Assembly: GCA_016709875.1 (NCBI GenBank)
Contig: JADJLZ010000009.1
Location: forward strand, 218,824-282,823
Direction: 5' to 3'
DNA length: 64,000 bases
Origin: Planctomycetota bacterium
Lineage (GTDB): Bacteria > Planctomycetota > UBA1135 > GCA-002686595
In this document: positions 36,382-45,441 of the stretch, piece by piece
Layout: every line of letters begins with the position of its first letter
How positions within the stretch are numbered: the first letter of the stretch is position 1
Notes under the pieces: generated by a model
Seen by the model: only the letters and a program-made list of their open reading frames with translations
Told to the model about the DNA's origin: nothing
Database searches by the model: none
Position numbers and translations under genes: made by a program

Positions 36382-38046
36382 TCAGCGAACCCAGCGGTGG
36401 TCGCCGCCGGAGTCCTTTGCGAGCCAGCGCAGGATCTCGAAGTCCGTCCCGACGGACACCGTGTGGATTCGAATCCGCCGAACCTGGTTCCAGCGCTGGA
36501 CGTCGGCCCGGATGATCGCGGGATCGGTCTCCTTGCCGGCCGAGGGCTGTCCGTCGGAGAGGACGACGATGGTGTCCACCAGAGGATCCTCGAAGGCCGT
36601 CTCCAGCGCGTCGTAGAGGTTCGTGCCACCCTTGGCCCCCAGGCGCTCGATGTAGGTCTTCGCCTGTGCGCGCATCTCCGCCTCGGCCTTGGCGTCGCGC
36701 TCGCGCTCGCGCGCTGCGGCCTTCTCCTCGCGCGGCGGGGCGCGCTCGGGTCCCGAGCGCGGACCTGCGACGCCGCCGGCGCCTGATTTCGCCGCGCCGC
36801 CGAAGTCGACCAGGTGCTCGAGCCACGCGTCGACCCCGTCGTTGAAGCTGATGATGTTGAAGATCGAGCCGGGCGCGAGGTCCTGGACGATCTTCGCCAG
36901 TTCGAACTTCGCGGCCTCGATGCGCGCGGGCTTCTCGCCCGTGCCGGCCGCCGGCATGTCCTTGGGCACGTCCACCAGCGGCTGCTGCATGCTGCCGGAG
37001 ATGTCGATCACGAAGATCACGCGCTGGCTCTCGATCTCGACGCCGTAGAACTTGGCCGCGATGTAGGTCGAGCCAGCGCGCGCATCACGCTTGCGTTCGG
37101 AGCTGCGCGCGCCACCCGCGGAGGCGGGGAACTCGAAGCTCGAGGCGCTGTTCTTCCACCACTCCGCCCAACGCTGCGGGTCGTCGCCGAGCGGCATCGC
37201 GGTCAGGTGCTGCAGCACGCTGGCGAGGTCGGCGCGCAGGCGGCTGCCGTCGGGCTCGTGCGCGAGCTGCGCGATCAGCGCGCCCAGGCCGCGCTTGGTG
37301 AAGTGGCTCGCCATCCAGTCCAGCGCGATCGCGCGCGCGCTCCAGTCCGGCGAGGAGAGCGCCGCGAGGAAGAGTTCCTCGCGCGAACCATCCGCATCGC
37401 GCGCGAGTTCGGCCAGCGCGGCGTTGCGCACGGCGCTCGCCTTGTGGCTGGTGAGCTCGACCAGTCGCGTGTCCCAGGCTCCCCACTCGGGCGTCCCGCG
37501 GCGCAACTCGCTGATGCCGCGTACGACCGGCGCGAGCATTTCGGCGTCGCGCCCCTCGCGCAGGATGCCCTCGAGTGCCGGCAGGCTCGCGCGCGAGGCG
37601 TGCTTCACGAGCAGCTCGAGCGCCGCGGCGCGCACGCTCGCGGAGCGGTCCGGCAACAGGCGCTCGCGCACGGCGCGGTCGAGGAGCTCGTCCACGCAGC
37701 CGCGGCTGGCGTGCAGCAGGAAGAGCTTCTCGTGCTCCTGCCCCGGGCCGATGCGCCGCGCGAGTTCCTTGGCGGTCAGCGCGTCCTGGCAGCCCGCGAG
37801 CGCACCCGCGATGGCCTCGCGCAGTTGCGGCGGCGTGGTGAACTTCGTCCCGAGGTCGGCGAGGTCGCCGGCGAGCTTGCCGCACTCGCCGCGCTGCTGC
37901 GCGCCCGCGACGAGGCTCTTGGCAGCCTCGATGCGCGCCGCGAGGTCCTTGGAGTCGCGCAGCGTCTTCCAGTCCTCGGCCGGATCCCCCGCGCAAAGGC
38001 ACACGAACCAGAGCAGGGACAGCAGGCAGGCAAGGCGCGCAAGCAT
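36382..38046 (-). CDS. Secreted HEAT-repeat + von Willebrand factor type A (vWA) domain protein
   Basis: Signal peptide MLARLACLLSLLWFVCLCAG. HEAT-like repeats in the N-terminal half. vWA signature VIFVIDISGSM ... GGTNLYDAL ... IVVLSDGQPS in the C-terminal half. Confidence 0.65.
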   Translation of the reverse strand: MLARLACLLSLLWFVCLCAGDPAEDWKTLRDSKDLAARIEAAKSLVAGAQQRGECGKLAGDLADLGTKFTTPPQLREAIAGALAGCQDALTAKELARRIGPGQEHEKLFLLHASRGCVDELLDRAVRERLLPDRSASVRAAALELLVKHASRASLPALEGILREGRDAEMLAPVVRGISELRRGTPEWGAWDTRLVELTSHKASAVRNAALAELARDADGSREELFLAALSSPDWSARAIALDWMASHFTKRGLGALIAQLAHEPDGSRLRADLASVLQHLTAMPLGDDPQRWAEWWKNSASSFEFPASAGGARSSERKRDARAGSTYIAAKFYGVEIESQRVIFVIDISGSMQQPLVDVPKDMPAAGTGEKPARIEAAKFELAKIVQDLAPGSIFNIISFNDGVDAWLEHLVDFGGAAKSGAGGVAGPRSGPERAPPREEKAAARERERDAKAEAEMRAQAKTYIERLGAKGGTNLYDALETAFEDPLVDTIVVLSDGQPSAGKETDPAIIRADVQRWNQVRRIRIHTVSVGTDFEILRWLAKDSGGDHRWVR

Positions 38047-38064
38047 GGCCGAACAGGATAAGCC

Positions 38065-38904
38065 TCAGCGCGCGGCGAGCCAATGCGCCTCGGCCGCCGC
38101 GATGCGCTCGCGCAGGTCGCGCAGCACCGGCCCGTGCGAACCGGGCAATCCCGCAACGAGGCCCGCGATCTCGATCACCGGCAGGACCCGGCCGGTGGTG
38201 TTCGAGAGGAAGACCTCGCTCGCGCGTTCGAGATCGCGCAGCTCGAGCCGCTCCACGCGCTGCGCCAGGCAACCGCGCTCGAGTTCCTCGAGGATCACGC
38301 CGCGCATCACCCCAGCCAGGCAACCGCGCTGCGTCGAGGGCGTGCACACGACGCCGTCGACCACGGCCCACACGTTCGAGAGCGTGCCCTCGCACACGTC
38401 GCCGTCCTTGGTGAGCATCAGCGCCTCGAAGGCGCCCGCGGCGAGCGCGCGCTCGCGCAGCAGCACGTTGCGCAGCCGGTTCGTCGACTTGTAGCTCTCG
38501 AGCGGATCGTGCGCGTCCTTCGCGTCGCGCTCGAGCGTCACGCGCACGCCGGGATCGGGCGGACGCACGATCGCGCGCGCGCCGATCACCAGCGTCGAAC
38601 CAGCCTCCGGCACGCCGCGCGTCAGCGTCAGCCGCAGCGCGCAGTCGCGTTGGCCCAGCGCCGCGCAGTACTCCTCCACCGCACGCTGCGGGTCGAAGCG
38701 GCGCGCGATGCACAGGCCCGCCGCACCCTGCTCCAGGCGCGCGAGGTGTCGATCGAGGAACCAGGCCGTGCCCGCTTCGCGCAGCACCGTTTCGAAGACC
38801 GAGAGCCCCGAGAGCAGGCCCTGGTCGTCGCTCGAGACGCAGCCCTCGCCCGGCGCGAAGAGGCGCCCGTCGATCCAGCTGGGGAAGCGCTCGAAAGAGC
38901 TCAT
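38065..38904 (-). CDS. pabC: Aminodeoxychorismate lyase / class IV (branched-chain/D-amino-acid) aminotransferase-fold protein
   Basis: ATGA overlap with the pabB-like gene upstream. 279 aa, class-IV PLP fold (…EGTLSNVWAVVDGVVCTP…). Confidence 0.6.
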   Translation of the reverse strand: MSSFERFPSWIDGRLFAPGEGCVSSDDQGLLSGLSVFETVLREAGTAWFLDRHLARLEQGAAGLCIARRFDPQRAVEEYCAALGQRDCALRLTLTRGVPEAGSTLVIGARAIVRPPDPGVRVTLERDAKDAHDPLESYKSTNRLRNVLLRERALAAGAFEALMLTKDGDVCEGTLSNVWAVVDGVVCTPSTQRGCLAGVMRGVILEELERGCLAQRVERLELRDLERASEVFLSNTTGRVLPVIEIAGLVAGLPGSHGPVLRDLRERIAAAEAHWLAAR

Positions 38905-40250
38905 CGGCCCGCCTCCGCGCGCTCGGGCTCGCCTTCGAGCGTCGCGACCAGACGCTCGGCCTTGAGCAGCGTCTCCTGTTCCTCCGCGCGCGCGTCCGAG
39001 CACCAGGTGATCCCGCCGCCAACGTGGAAGCTGAATTCGCCCGCGTCGCGCTCGCCCGTGCGCGGACGCCAGACGAGCGTGCGGATCAGGATGTTCCAGC
39101 AGGCGTTGCCGCGCACGTCCTGGAAGCCGAGCGAGCCGCTGAAGAAGCCGCGGCCCTCGCGCTCCTCGCGCGCGATCGCGGCCATGCTCGCGAGCTTGGG
39201 CGCGCCTGTGATCGAGCCACCGGGGAAGAGCGCCGCGAGCGCATCGAGCGCGTCTTTGCCGCTCGCGAGTTCGGCCACGACGTCGGCCAGCAGGTGGTGC
39301 ACGCCGGCGTAGCTCTCGAGTCTGGGGAAGCCGCCCTCGACGCGCACGCCGCCGGGCCGCGCCACGCGGCCGAGGTCGTTGCGCACCAGGTCGACGATCA
39401 TCGCCAGCTCGGCGCGATCCTTCTCGCTTTCGAGCAGCGCCCGTGCGAGCGCGCGGTCGTCGCGCGCGTCGGCGGTGCGGCGCGCGGTACCCTTGATCGG
39501 CCGCGAGCGCGCGAGCCCGCCATCGACTTCGAGCAGGAGCTCGGGCGAAGCCGAGAGCAGCGCGCCCGCGCCGAAGTCGAGAAAGCCCATGTAGGGCGCC
39601 GGGTTGACGCGCGCGAGGCGCTCGAACCACGCGACCGGGGCGCCCTGCACCGCGCGCGTGAAGCGGTGCGCGAGGTTCGCCTGGTAGTACTCGCCGGCCG
39701 CGATGTCCTCGCGCACGCGTTCGACGCGCGCGATGTGCTCTGCGGCGCTCGTGTGGCGCACGAGTGGACCCGCCTGGCGCGGGAGCGAGAGCGCCGGAGC
39801 GGGACCGTCCAGGCGTGCGCGCACGCGCGCCTCCCGTGCGCAGTCGCCCAGCGCGAGCCAGCACTCGCCGCTCGCGCAATCGCGCACGAGGAAGTCGGTG
39901 TAGAAGCCGCCGACCAGCTGCGGCAACTCCCAGGGATCGCGCGGCAGCGCGACGCGCGTCTCGCCCGCCGCGCCCAGGTCGTAGGCGAGCGCACCGAGGA
40001 AACCTCCCGCGAAGGGGCCGGGCACCTGGGCCGGCGCGAGCTCGAGCGCGCGCAGACGTGTGCCGATCTCCGCGATCGAACGCGGCGCGGGAGCGTGCTC
40101 GAGCGGATCGAAGGCGAGCCAGCCGAAGCGGCCGGGATCCGCGCCCGCGCCCTCGAGCAACGCCAGACCGCGCGCGTCGGCGAAGCGCGGCAGCCACTCG
40201 CGCAGCGGTCCGGTGCGCCCCAGCGGAACGACGCGCGGGACGGCTCGCAC
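38901..40250 (-). CDS. pabB: Aminodeoxychorismate synthase component I (chorismate-binding enzyme family)
   Basis: ...IAAGEYYQANLAHRF..., PKGTARR..., GGSITGAPK, and a C-terminal GGGITWCSD motif are typical of anthranilate/PABA synthase component I. Confidence 0.7.
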   Translation of the reverse strand: MRAVPRVVPLGRTGPLREWLPRFADARGLALLEGAGADPGRFGWLAFDPLEHAPAPRSIAEIGTRLRALELAPAQVPGPFAGGFLGALAYDLGAAGETRVALPRDPWELPQLVGGFYTDFLVRDCASGECWLALGDCAREARVRARLDGPAPALSLPRQAGPLVRHTSAAEHIARVERVREDIAAGEYYQANLAHRFTRAVQGAPVAWFERLARVNPAPYMGFLDFGAGALLSASPELLLEVDGGLARSRPIKGTARRTADARDDRALARALLESEKDRAELAMIVDLVRNDLGRVARPGGVRVEGGFPRLESYAGVHHLLADVVAELASGKDALDALAALFPGGSITGAPKLASMAAIAREEREGRGFFSGSLGFQDVRGNACWNILIRTLVWRPRTGERDAGEFSFHVGGGITWCSDARAEEQETLLKAERLVATLEGEPERAEAGR

Positions 40251-40253
40251 GCT

Positions 40254-41546
40254 TCAGCCCTCCGCGACCACTTCGGCTTCGCCGTGGCGCGGGAAAGTGG
40301 CGGCGTAGCGCCGGTGGTAGGTCCAGGCGATCAGCGTCGAGACGAGCAGCAACCCGCAGGCCGCGAAGAACGGGCTGCGCGCGCCGAAGACGCCGAAGAG
40401 CGTGCCGGCGAAGACCGGCGCGAGCAACCGCGCGAGGCTCCCGCCCGACTGGTTCAAACCCAGGAACGCGCCCTGGCGCTCGGCCGGCACCGCGCGCGAG
40501 AGCAATCCGTTCACCGACGGATTGGAGAGGCCGAATCCGCAGGGCATCAAGATGCAGCCCGCGATCACGACGCCCCAGGTCGGTGCGCCGCCGATGATGC
40601 CCAGCGCGACACCCAGGATCGCGGGACCCGCGACGGCCAGGCGCGTCTCGCCGAAGCGCGGCACGAGGCGTCGGATGAACCCGCCCTGGATCAGGGCCGA
40701 GATGACACCCACGCCAAAGAGGTAGTAGCCCGCGATCGGCGCTGCGCGCAGCACGTCGTCCATCGTCGCGGCGCCGATCGCTGCGGGCTGGTTGAAGCTC
40801 TCGGGGAACTTCGCCAGGCCGAAGTAGATGAACATCGTCTCGAAGCAGGCGAAGGCGACGATGTTGAAGAAGTTGAGCAGCAGCAGCAGCCCGACCCGGC
40901 CGTTGGCGAGAGCCTCGCGCACCTGGCGCATGCCGAAGACCCGCGATCCGGCCGAGTGCCGCGCGGGCTCGGGCAGCTTGAAGTAGCCGAACACGGCGGC
41001 GCACAGCGAGAGCGCCGCGGCGGCGTAGCCGGGAACGGGCGGAAGCTGTCCCTCGACGTGCGCGACGCCGGCGAGAACTCCGCCCAGCAGCGGGCCGAAG
41101 GTGAAGCCCAGGCCGAAGGCCGCGCCGATCATGCCCATGCCCTTGGCGCGGTCCTTGGCGTCGGTCACGTCGGCGATGTAGGCCTGCGCCACCGAGATGT
41201 TCGCGCCGAAGAAGCCCGCGAGCAAGCGCGAGGCGTAGAGCAGCGCCATCGAGTTCGCGTGCGCGAAGAGCGCGTAGGAGGCCGCGGTCCCGATCAATCC
41301 GCCGATCAGCACCGGCCTGCGCCCGATGCGGTCGGAGAGCCGCCCCCACATCGGTGCGAAGATGAGCTGCATGCCCGAGAAGCACGAGAACAGGAGCCCC
41401 GTCTCGAGTCCGCTCGACTGGAAGGCCTTCGAGTAGATCGGCAGCAGCGGGATGACGATCCCGAACCCCAGCAGGTCGATGAAGACCGTCAGGAAGATGA
41501 ACAGCAGCGGGGACCGCCCTGCGCGGGCTGGCTTTTGGGGATCCAT
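40254..41546 (-). CDS. MFS transporter
   Basis: 12-TM profile with MFS motif GRLSDRIGRRPVL. ATG 41544-41546 chosen (MDPQKPARAG...). Confidence 0.7.
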   Translation of the reverse strand: MDPQKPARAGRSPLLFIFLTVFIDLLGFGIVIPLLPIYSKAFQSSGLETGLLFSCFSGMQLIFAPMWGRLSDRIGRRPVLIGGLIGTAASYALFAHANSMALLYASRLLAGFFGANISVAQAYIADVTDAKDRAKGMGMIGAAFGLGFTFGPLLGGVLAGVAHVEGQLPPVPGYAAAALSLCAAVFGYFKLPEPARHSAGSRVFGMRQVREALANGRVGLLLLLNFFNIVAFACFETMFIYFGLAKFPESFNQPAAIGAATMDDVLRAAPIAGYYLFGVGVISALIQGGFIRRLVPRFGETRLAVAGPAILGVALGIIGGAPTWGVVIAGCILMPCGFGLSNPSVNGLLSRAVPAERQGAFLGLNQSGGSLARLLAPVFAGTLFGVFGARSPFFAACGLLLVSTLIAWTYHRRYAATFPRHGEAEVVAEG

Positions 41547-41651
41547 GGAACGCGACAGTATAGGAATCGGGCGCACCCGCGGGACGCTGGGAACTCCTTT
41601 CCCACTCGAGCTTCAGGTTGTCGGCGGCTTGCCTCCGATAGGAGTCCAGTC

Positions 41652-42083
41652 ATGAAGCACCAGCTCAGCTTTGCCGTCATCGCCTTCGCGCTCCTCGCCT
41701 CGTCCATGGCGTTCAGTGCCTCCGCGCCGCAGCAGGACCCGCTCGAGCAGCGCCTCGATGCGATCCAAAAGGACATCCTCGACTCGCGCACGCGCACCGA
41801 GCAGCTCGTGGTCGAGTTGAAGGGCGCGCGCAAGACGCTCGAAGAAGCGCAGAAGTACATCGACGCGCAGGCACAGGCCGCCAAGGCCATGGCGGCGGTG
41901 CTCGACGAGTCGGAGAAGGCCGGCTTCACCTACGGCATCAATCCCGATTCGCGCGAGTTGCTCCTGAAGGGCTGGCGCGAGGAACTCGGGACGCTGCAGC
42001 AGGGGGTGCCCGCGCCGCTGCCTGCGGCGAAGGACGCCAAGGACGCCAAGGACGCCAAGCCTCTGGAGCTCAAGAAGCCCTGA
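41652..42083 (+). CDS. Small secreted coiled-coil protein (hypothetical)
   Basis: TAGGAG RBS. Signal peptide MKHQLSFAVIAFALLASSMAFSA. C-terminal (AKD)x3 from 9-bp tandem repeats aaggacgcc. Confidence 0.5.
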   Translation: MKHQLSFAVIAFALLASSMAFSASAPQQDPLEQRLDAIQKDILDSRTRTEQLVVELKGARKTLEEAQKYIDAQAQAAKAMAAVLDESEKAGFTYGINPDSRELLLKGWREELGTLQQGVPAPLPAAKDAKDAKDAKPLELKKP

Positions 42084-42105
42084 TCCGGGCCGGCGCTCGC
42101 AAGCC

Positions 42106-42717
42106 GTGAATCCGATGAGCGACCCGCTTCCGAAGGCCCCGCTGCCCCGCACGCTGCGCGCGCTCGCGCAGCGCTTCGATCTTTCGAAGCTCGCCGTGCT
42201 CGAAATCGGCTGCGGGAGCGGCGCCAACCTGCAGCACTTCTCCGAGCGCAGCCTGGGTCTGGACCGCGATCCCGCCTGCATCGCCGAGGTCAGCGCGCGC
42301 GGCCTGCGGGCCGTGAAGCGCGACGTCTCGCGCTGGGGCTGGAGCCAGGACCTCGGCCGCTTCGACCTCGTATGGATCTCCGGGCTGCTCGTGGAGCTCG
42401 AGGAACCGCGCGCCTTCCTGGAGGAAGTCGGCTGCGTGCTCGAGCCCGAGGGCCGCGTGCTCGTGGCCGAGTGGCTCTGGCCCGAGAGCCCGGTCGCTGC
42501 CACAGCGCTCTCCTGCCTCGTGCCCGGCGGTCGCACCACGCTCACCGAGCCCGAAAACCGTCGGCGCTACCACCGCCGCACGCTCGCCGCCGATCTGGGC
42601 GCCGCGGGCCTCGTGATCGAATCGTCCTTCAACCACAGCCTGCCTCCGGGTGCTCTCGCGCGAGCACTGGATTCGTTCTGGCCACCGCGTACGATCGTGG
42701 CCAGACCGGCAGGCTGA
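42106..42717 (+). CDS. Class I SAM-dependent methyltransferase
   Basis: VLEIGCGSGAN motif I plus acidic motif II. 203 aa. Confidence 0.6.
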   Translation: MNPMSDPLPKAPLPRTLRALAQRFDLSKLAVLEIGCGSGANLQHFSERSLGLDRDPACIAEVSARGLRAVKRDVSRWGWSQDLGRFDLVWISGLLVELEEPRAFLEEVGCVLEPEGRVLVAEWLWPESPVAATALSCLVPGGRTTLTEPENRRRYHRRTLAADLGAAGLVIESSFNHSLPPGALARALDSFWPPRTIVARPAG

Positions 42718-42721
42718 CTCG

Positions 42722-43546
42722 ATGCTTCAATTCGTCCCGCTGCTTCTCGCTCTCGCGCTTTCACCGACCCAGCAGAGCTGGCGCAGCGATCCGATCTGGT
42801 ACGACGGCCAGGCCGAGGTCGCGGTCTACGAATGCGAGCGCGAGGTCTACGGCGCGCCGCGCCACTACCAGGCGAGCGTCTACACCAACAAGGAGAACGT
42901 CGACCCGCGCACGAGCTGCAAGAGCGCGGGCGAGAAGGGCCTGGAGGTATTCAAGCACCACTGGCGCGAGCGCATCCCGACGCCCAACTACGACTACGAC
43001 TACTCGACGATGAGCTACAGCGTCGCGGCCGACATGACGCCCTTCAAGCTCTCGATGAGCTCGCACGAGGACTGCGGCGCGAGCCTGAAGGAGCTCTGGC
43101 GCGACGAGGACGGCCGCACGCTTTGGAACACCTCGAACTACTTCCCCGGCGGCGGCAACCGCTCGGGCAAGTTCGCGCAGGCGAAGAACCTCGCCTTCGA
43201 GGACGCGCTCACGCTCGCCCTGCGCGACTACGATTTCGAGAAGCAGCCCGAACTCACGCTCGCGCTGGTGCCCTTCCAGCGCGTCAACATCGCCACGAAG
43301 CTCGAGCCGCTCGAGGCGCACCTGCGCTACGTCGGCAAGAGCGAGCTCGAGCTGCCGATCGGCAAGGTGCAGGCGCACGAGCTCGCACTCTTCGATGCCA
43401 AGGGCGAGCGCATCGCCGGCTACTGGTTCCACGCGCAGGGCGCCGCGCCCTGGTTGCACGTGCTGGTGCAGTGGGAACGCCCGGCGCAGAAGATCCGCGC
43501 CCGGCTCGTCTCGCAGACGCGCAAGGCCTACTGGAAGCGCGACTGA
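42722..43546 (+). CDS. Hypothetical secreted protein
   Basis: MLQFVPLLLALALSPTQQ signal peptide. No recognisable domain. Coding-like codon bias. Confidence 0.45.
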   Translation: MLQFVPLLLALALSPTQQSWRSDPIWYDGQAEVAVYECEREVYGAPRHYQASVYTNKENVDPRTSCKSAGEKGLEVFKHHWRERIPTPNYDYDYSTMSYSVAADMTPFKLSMSSHEDCGASLKELWRDEDGRTLWNTSNYFPGGGNRSGKFAQAKNLAFEDALTLALRDYDFEKQPELTLALVPFQRVNIATKLEPLEAHLRYVGKSELELPIGKVQAHELALFDAKGERIAGYWFHAQGAAPWLHVLVQWERPAQKIRARLVSQTRKAYWKRD

Positions 43547-43551
43547 GCGGA

Positions 43552-44464
43552 ATGCGCGCCCACGTCGATGCCTACCTGCGCGAGCTCGCCGCCGCGCGCG
43601 GCGCGTCGCCGCACACGCTGCGCGCCTACCGCGGCGATCTGGAGCACTTCTGCGCCTTCATGGCCGAGCGCGGCCACGAAAAGCCGGCCGAGATCACGCC
43701 GCGCGCGCTGCGCGCCTGGCTCGCGGCGCTCGACGAGCGCGGCCTCGCCAAGAGCACGCTGCAGCGCAAGCTCTCGGCCGCGCGCTCGTTCCTGAAGCAT
43801 CTCTTGCGCCAGGGCAAGATCGACGCGCACCCCGCCGCCGGCCTGCGCCAGCGCCGCGGCGAGCGCAAGCTGCCCGCCGCGCTCTCGGTCGAGGAGCTCG
43901 AGACGCTGCTCGCCGCCCCCGACGCCGCGAAGATCGACGGCGCGCGCGACCGCGCGCTGCTCGAGCTCACCTACTCGGCCGGCACGCGCGCGGCCGAGAC
44001 CGTCGGCCTGGACCGCGGCGACCTCGACCTATCGCGCGGCCTCGTGCGCCTGTTCGGCAAGGGCCGCAAGGAACGCATGGGAGCCCTGGGTCCGCAGGCT
44101 GTCGCCGCGCTGCGCACCTACCTCGATCACCCCGAGCGTCCCAAGCCCGTCCTGCGCGCCAAGCAGGCCGTCTTCCTCAATGCGCGCGGCGGAAGGTTGA
44201 CGACGCGCAGCCTCGGCCGCATCCTCGAACGCTACCTGCGCGAGTCGGGCCTCGTCCGCCACGCGACCCCACACACGCTGCGACACAGCTTCACGACGCA
44301 TCTGCTCGACCGCGGAGCGGACCTGCGCAGCGTCCAGGAGCTGCTCGGCCGCGCACCTCACGACCACACAGATCTACACGCACGTCTCCATCGAACGCTT
44401 GCGAGCCACCTACGAAAAGGCGCACCCCCGCGCCGGAAAGACCCGCAAGAGCGCGGGACACTGA
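43552..44464 (+). CDS. xerC: XerC/XerD-like tyrosine recombinase; frame breaks near 44350-44356 so the catalytic-Tyr segment (…[23 protein letters not shown]…) is in the +1 frame
   Basis: The N-terminal SAM-like core and catalytic domain (…[27 protein letters not shown]) lie in frame 1 up to about 44350. The canonical C-terminus [37 protein letters not shown] is read in frame 2, ending at TGA 44462-44464. The intact frame-1 ORF instead runs on into Arg/Pro-rich nonsense. Confidence 0.65.
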
Positions 44465-44920
44465 ATGACGGAAGAACTGTTCCGCGCCCAGCGCCCCTGG
44501 TCCGCCAAGCGCCCCTCCAAGCTCGTCGTGTGCTGCTCCGACGGCCGCTGGCACGGCCAGATCCAGGAGTTCGTCGCCAAGGAAGTCGACCACCGCTCCG
44601 ACATGTTCGCCGTGCCCGGCGGACCGGCGGTGATCGACGCGATGAGCTCGAGCTACGAAGAGTCGAAGATCTTCGACAACGGGATGCACCTCTTCGTGCA
44701 GTACCACAACCTCGACTCGGTCTGGCTGATCAGCCACCACGACTGCGCCTTCTACCGCGTGCGCTACCCGGATCTCGACGACACGCAGCGCCTCACGCGC
44801 CAGCGCGAGGATCTGCTGCGCGCGGCGCGACTGGTCAAGGCGCGCTACCCCGAGTTCGAGGTGAAGTGCATGCACGCCACCTTCCACGAGGGCATGGTGG
44901 CGTTCGAGCCGGTCGAGTGA
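44465..44920 (+). CDS. Hypothetical protein with beta-carbonic-anhydrase-like Cys-Asp-Arg / His-x-x-Cys motifs
   Basis: 151 aa, ATG directly after the xerC stop. ...LVVCCSDGRWHG... and ...LISHHDCAFYR... resemble beta-CA zinc-ligand motifs (C-x-D-x-R, H-x-x-C). Assignment is weak. Confidence 0.35.
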   Translation: MTEELFRAQRPWSAKRPSKLVVCCSDGRWHGQIQEFVAKEVDHRSDMFAVPGGPAVIDAMSSSYEESKIFDNGMHLFVQYHNLDSVWLISHHDCAFYRVRYPDLDDTQRLTRQREDLLRAARLVKARYPEFEVKCMHATFHEGMVAFEPVE

Positions 44921-44976
44921 TCACTCGAAGCGCTTGAGCTCGCGCCAGCAAAGCGTCGTACCCTGGTCCGAGGTCC

Positions 44977-44989
44977 GGGGGGGGGGGGG
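44977..44989. repeat. G13 homopolymer tract in the intergenic region upstream of the ECF sigma gene
   Basis: Read directly: ccg ggggggggggggg ccggcg. Confidence 0.9.
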
Positions 44990-45441
44990 CCGGCGCCGGG
45001 GTCGCGCCGCAGGGGGCGGGCCGGCGGCGAAGACCCCTCCGCGCGTCCCAGCGTTGGCGGGCTCGGCGGGCGTGCCGCGGTTGCCAGTGCAGGTAGAAGG
45101 CGTCCTCCACAGAAACGACCAGCTCTCCCTCGCCTTCCCCGCGGCAGTTTCCGCCAGGACCCCCCGCAACGGTCGGGTGCCAGACCAGGCTGGGCAGCCA
45201 CTCCGGCCCTCACGGGTCCGTTCGGTACTCCTGGGAGAGAGATGCATCGGCTGGGTCACGGGAAGCTCCTTCGAGTCTCTGGGGACATCTCCCTGGACGC
45301 CAGGGGCGGCCTTCGCGCGGCAGTGGAGTCGAAGATTCCGAACGCGGACGACAGCTCGCCCCTGCCCCTCCCAGCGCGGCCGGCCACGAATTCCGCGCTT
45401 TGGTGGTAGCTTCGACCCGCCGCCGGCACTCTGCACCGCGA

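Noticed and set aside
44934-45441. Upstream extension of the ECF sigma ORF (track start 44934)
   Set aside because: The extension spans the G13 tract and lacks sigma-like sequence or codon bias. Region 2 begins right after ATG 45442.
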